Assembly: GCA_964410905.1 (NCBI GenBank)
Contig: CAYPIR010000001.1
Span: forward strand, 21,861-85,860
DNA: 64,000 nucleotides
Source of the DNA: an uncultured bacterium
GTDB taxonomy: Bacteria; Omnitrophota; Omnitrophia; Omnitrophales; Aquincolibacteriaceae
Reading direction: 5' to 3'
The translations under genes and the position numbers were made by a program. Position 1 is the stretch's first letter; every line of letters starts with the position of its first letter. Under the pieces are notes generated by a model, which saw nothing but the letters and a program-made list of their open reading frames with translations, had not been told where the DNA came from and made no database searches. Shown piece by piece: positions 63,536 to 64,000 of the stretch.

Positions 63536-63658
63536 TTATACCGACCGCTTCATATGGGCGCAAGCGATAAAACTCTTTTGAAAATTAAATTATGGGAAAG
63601 AAACGAGATTTAAAAAAGAGGCTGATGATTGGTTAGAAGCGTAAAAAGTTCCACTGCC

Positions 63659-63999
63659 TTACTTGTTTATAAAATCTATTAAAACGGTCGGCAGCTGCCC
63701 TTTTTTTTGCAACTCTTTAGAGAGAGATTTTAAAAACGCGCTAACAACGGCTGGGTCAAACTGCGTTCCAGAACAATTTATAATTTCTTGTATTGCAAAG
63801 TCAAGACTCTGTCCTTCTCTATAACATCGTGAAGAGACGATTGCGTGAAAACTATCGACAACGCATATAAGCCTCGCCTCGATTGGAATCTCTTCACCTT
63901 TTAATCCACGAGGATAACCCGTTCCGTCAAAGCGTTCGTGATGCGCTAAAATTATTTCACGCACGCGTTTAAATCCGCTTAAAGGCTCTAAAATTCGCG
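63659..63999 (-). CDS. HD-GYP domain protein (partial; N-terminus beyond the window end)
   Basis: …HHERFDGTGYPRGL motif. The frame stays open to the window edge. Confidence 0.7.
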   Translation of the reverse strand, partial: RILEPLSGFKRVREIILAHHERFDGTGYPRGLKGEEIPIEARLICVVDSFHAIVSSRCYREGQSLDFAIQEIINCSGTQFDPAVVSAFLKSLSKELQKKGQLPTVLIDFINK

Positions 64000-64000
64000 C

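Overview
This ~64 kb window is a chromosomal segment of a diderm (Gram-negative-type) bacterium; a TolC/NodT-like lipoprotein, LpxD, Lgt and LspA are all present. About 60 genes are encoded, almost all on the minus strand. Conserved blocks are: an EtfAB / ETF-quinone oxidoreductase / large acyl-CoA dehydrogenase operon; glgB; an MFS transporter plus a MacAB-TolC-type efflux system; ligA, acylphosphatase, TrmH-family and SDR genes; tRNA-Pro(CGG); rmuC; a partial dcw cluster (mraZ, a STAS gene, rsmH, ftsL, ftsI); RNase P RNA and tRNA-Met(CAT); rpoD, dnaG, cvpA, an MtaB-like gene, rsmE, csp, hup and dnaE; guaA; lpxD, folE, a CPBP protease and ridA; late futalosine-pathway menaquinone genes (mqnA-like, MqnC/E-like radical SAM, UbiA/UbiD/UbiX/UbiE-like); and rluD, lgt, lspA, a DksA/TraR-like gene and a partial HD-GYP gene at the right edge. 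Two apparently acquired restriction-modification islands are present: a TaqI/Eco57I-like gamma-class N6A methyltransferase with a 246-aa partner between the acyl-CoA dehydrogenase gene and glgB, and an MboI/DpnII-like GATC system with two methyltransferases between dnaE and guaA. The most interesting region is the left ~6.5 kb. By eye it is lower in GC than its flanks. It holds two tandem GT2 glycosyltransferase genes, a DUF4143-type AAA ATPase gene and a PqqD-like / HPr-kinase-like / nucleotidyltransferase triad. As I recall, this triad is catalogued as the functionally uncharacterised 'HPr-rel-A' system. It appears to be controlled by two hypermutable simple-sequence tracts: a (CAAG)10 tetranucleotide repeat that puts an upstream ATG out of frame with the nucleotidyltransferase ORF, and a C8T8 (G8 on the coding strand) homopolymer directly abutting a GT2 start codon. 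Several regulators carry lysine-rich, histone-H1-like tails (RpoD, the DksA-like protein, GlgB, Csp). No CRISPR array, transposase or integrase was found.
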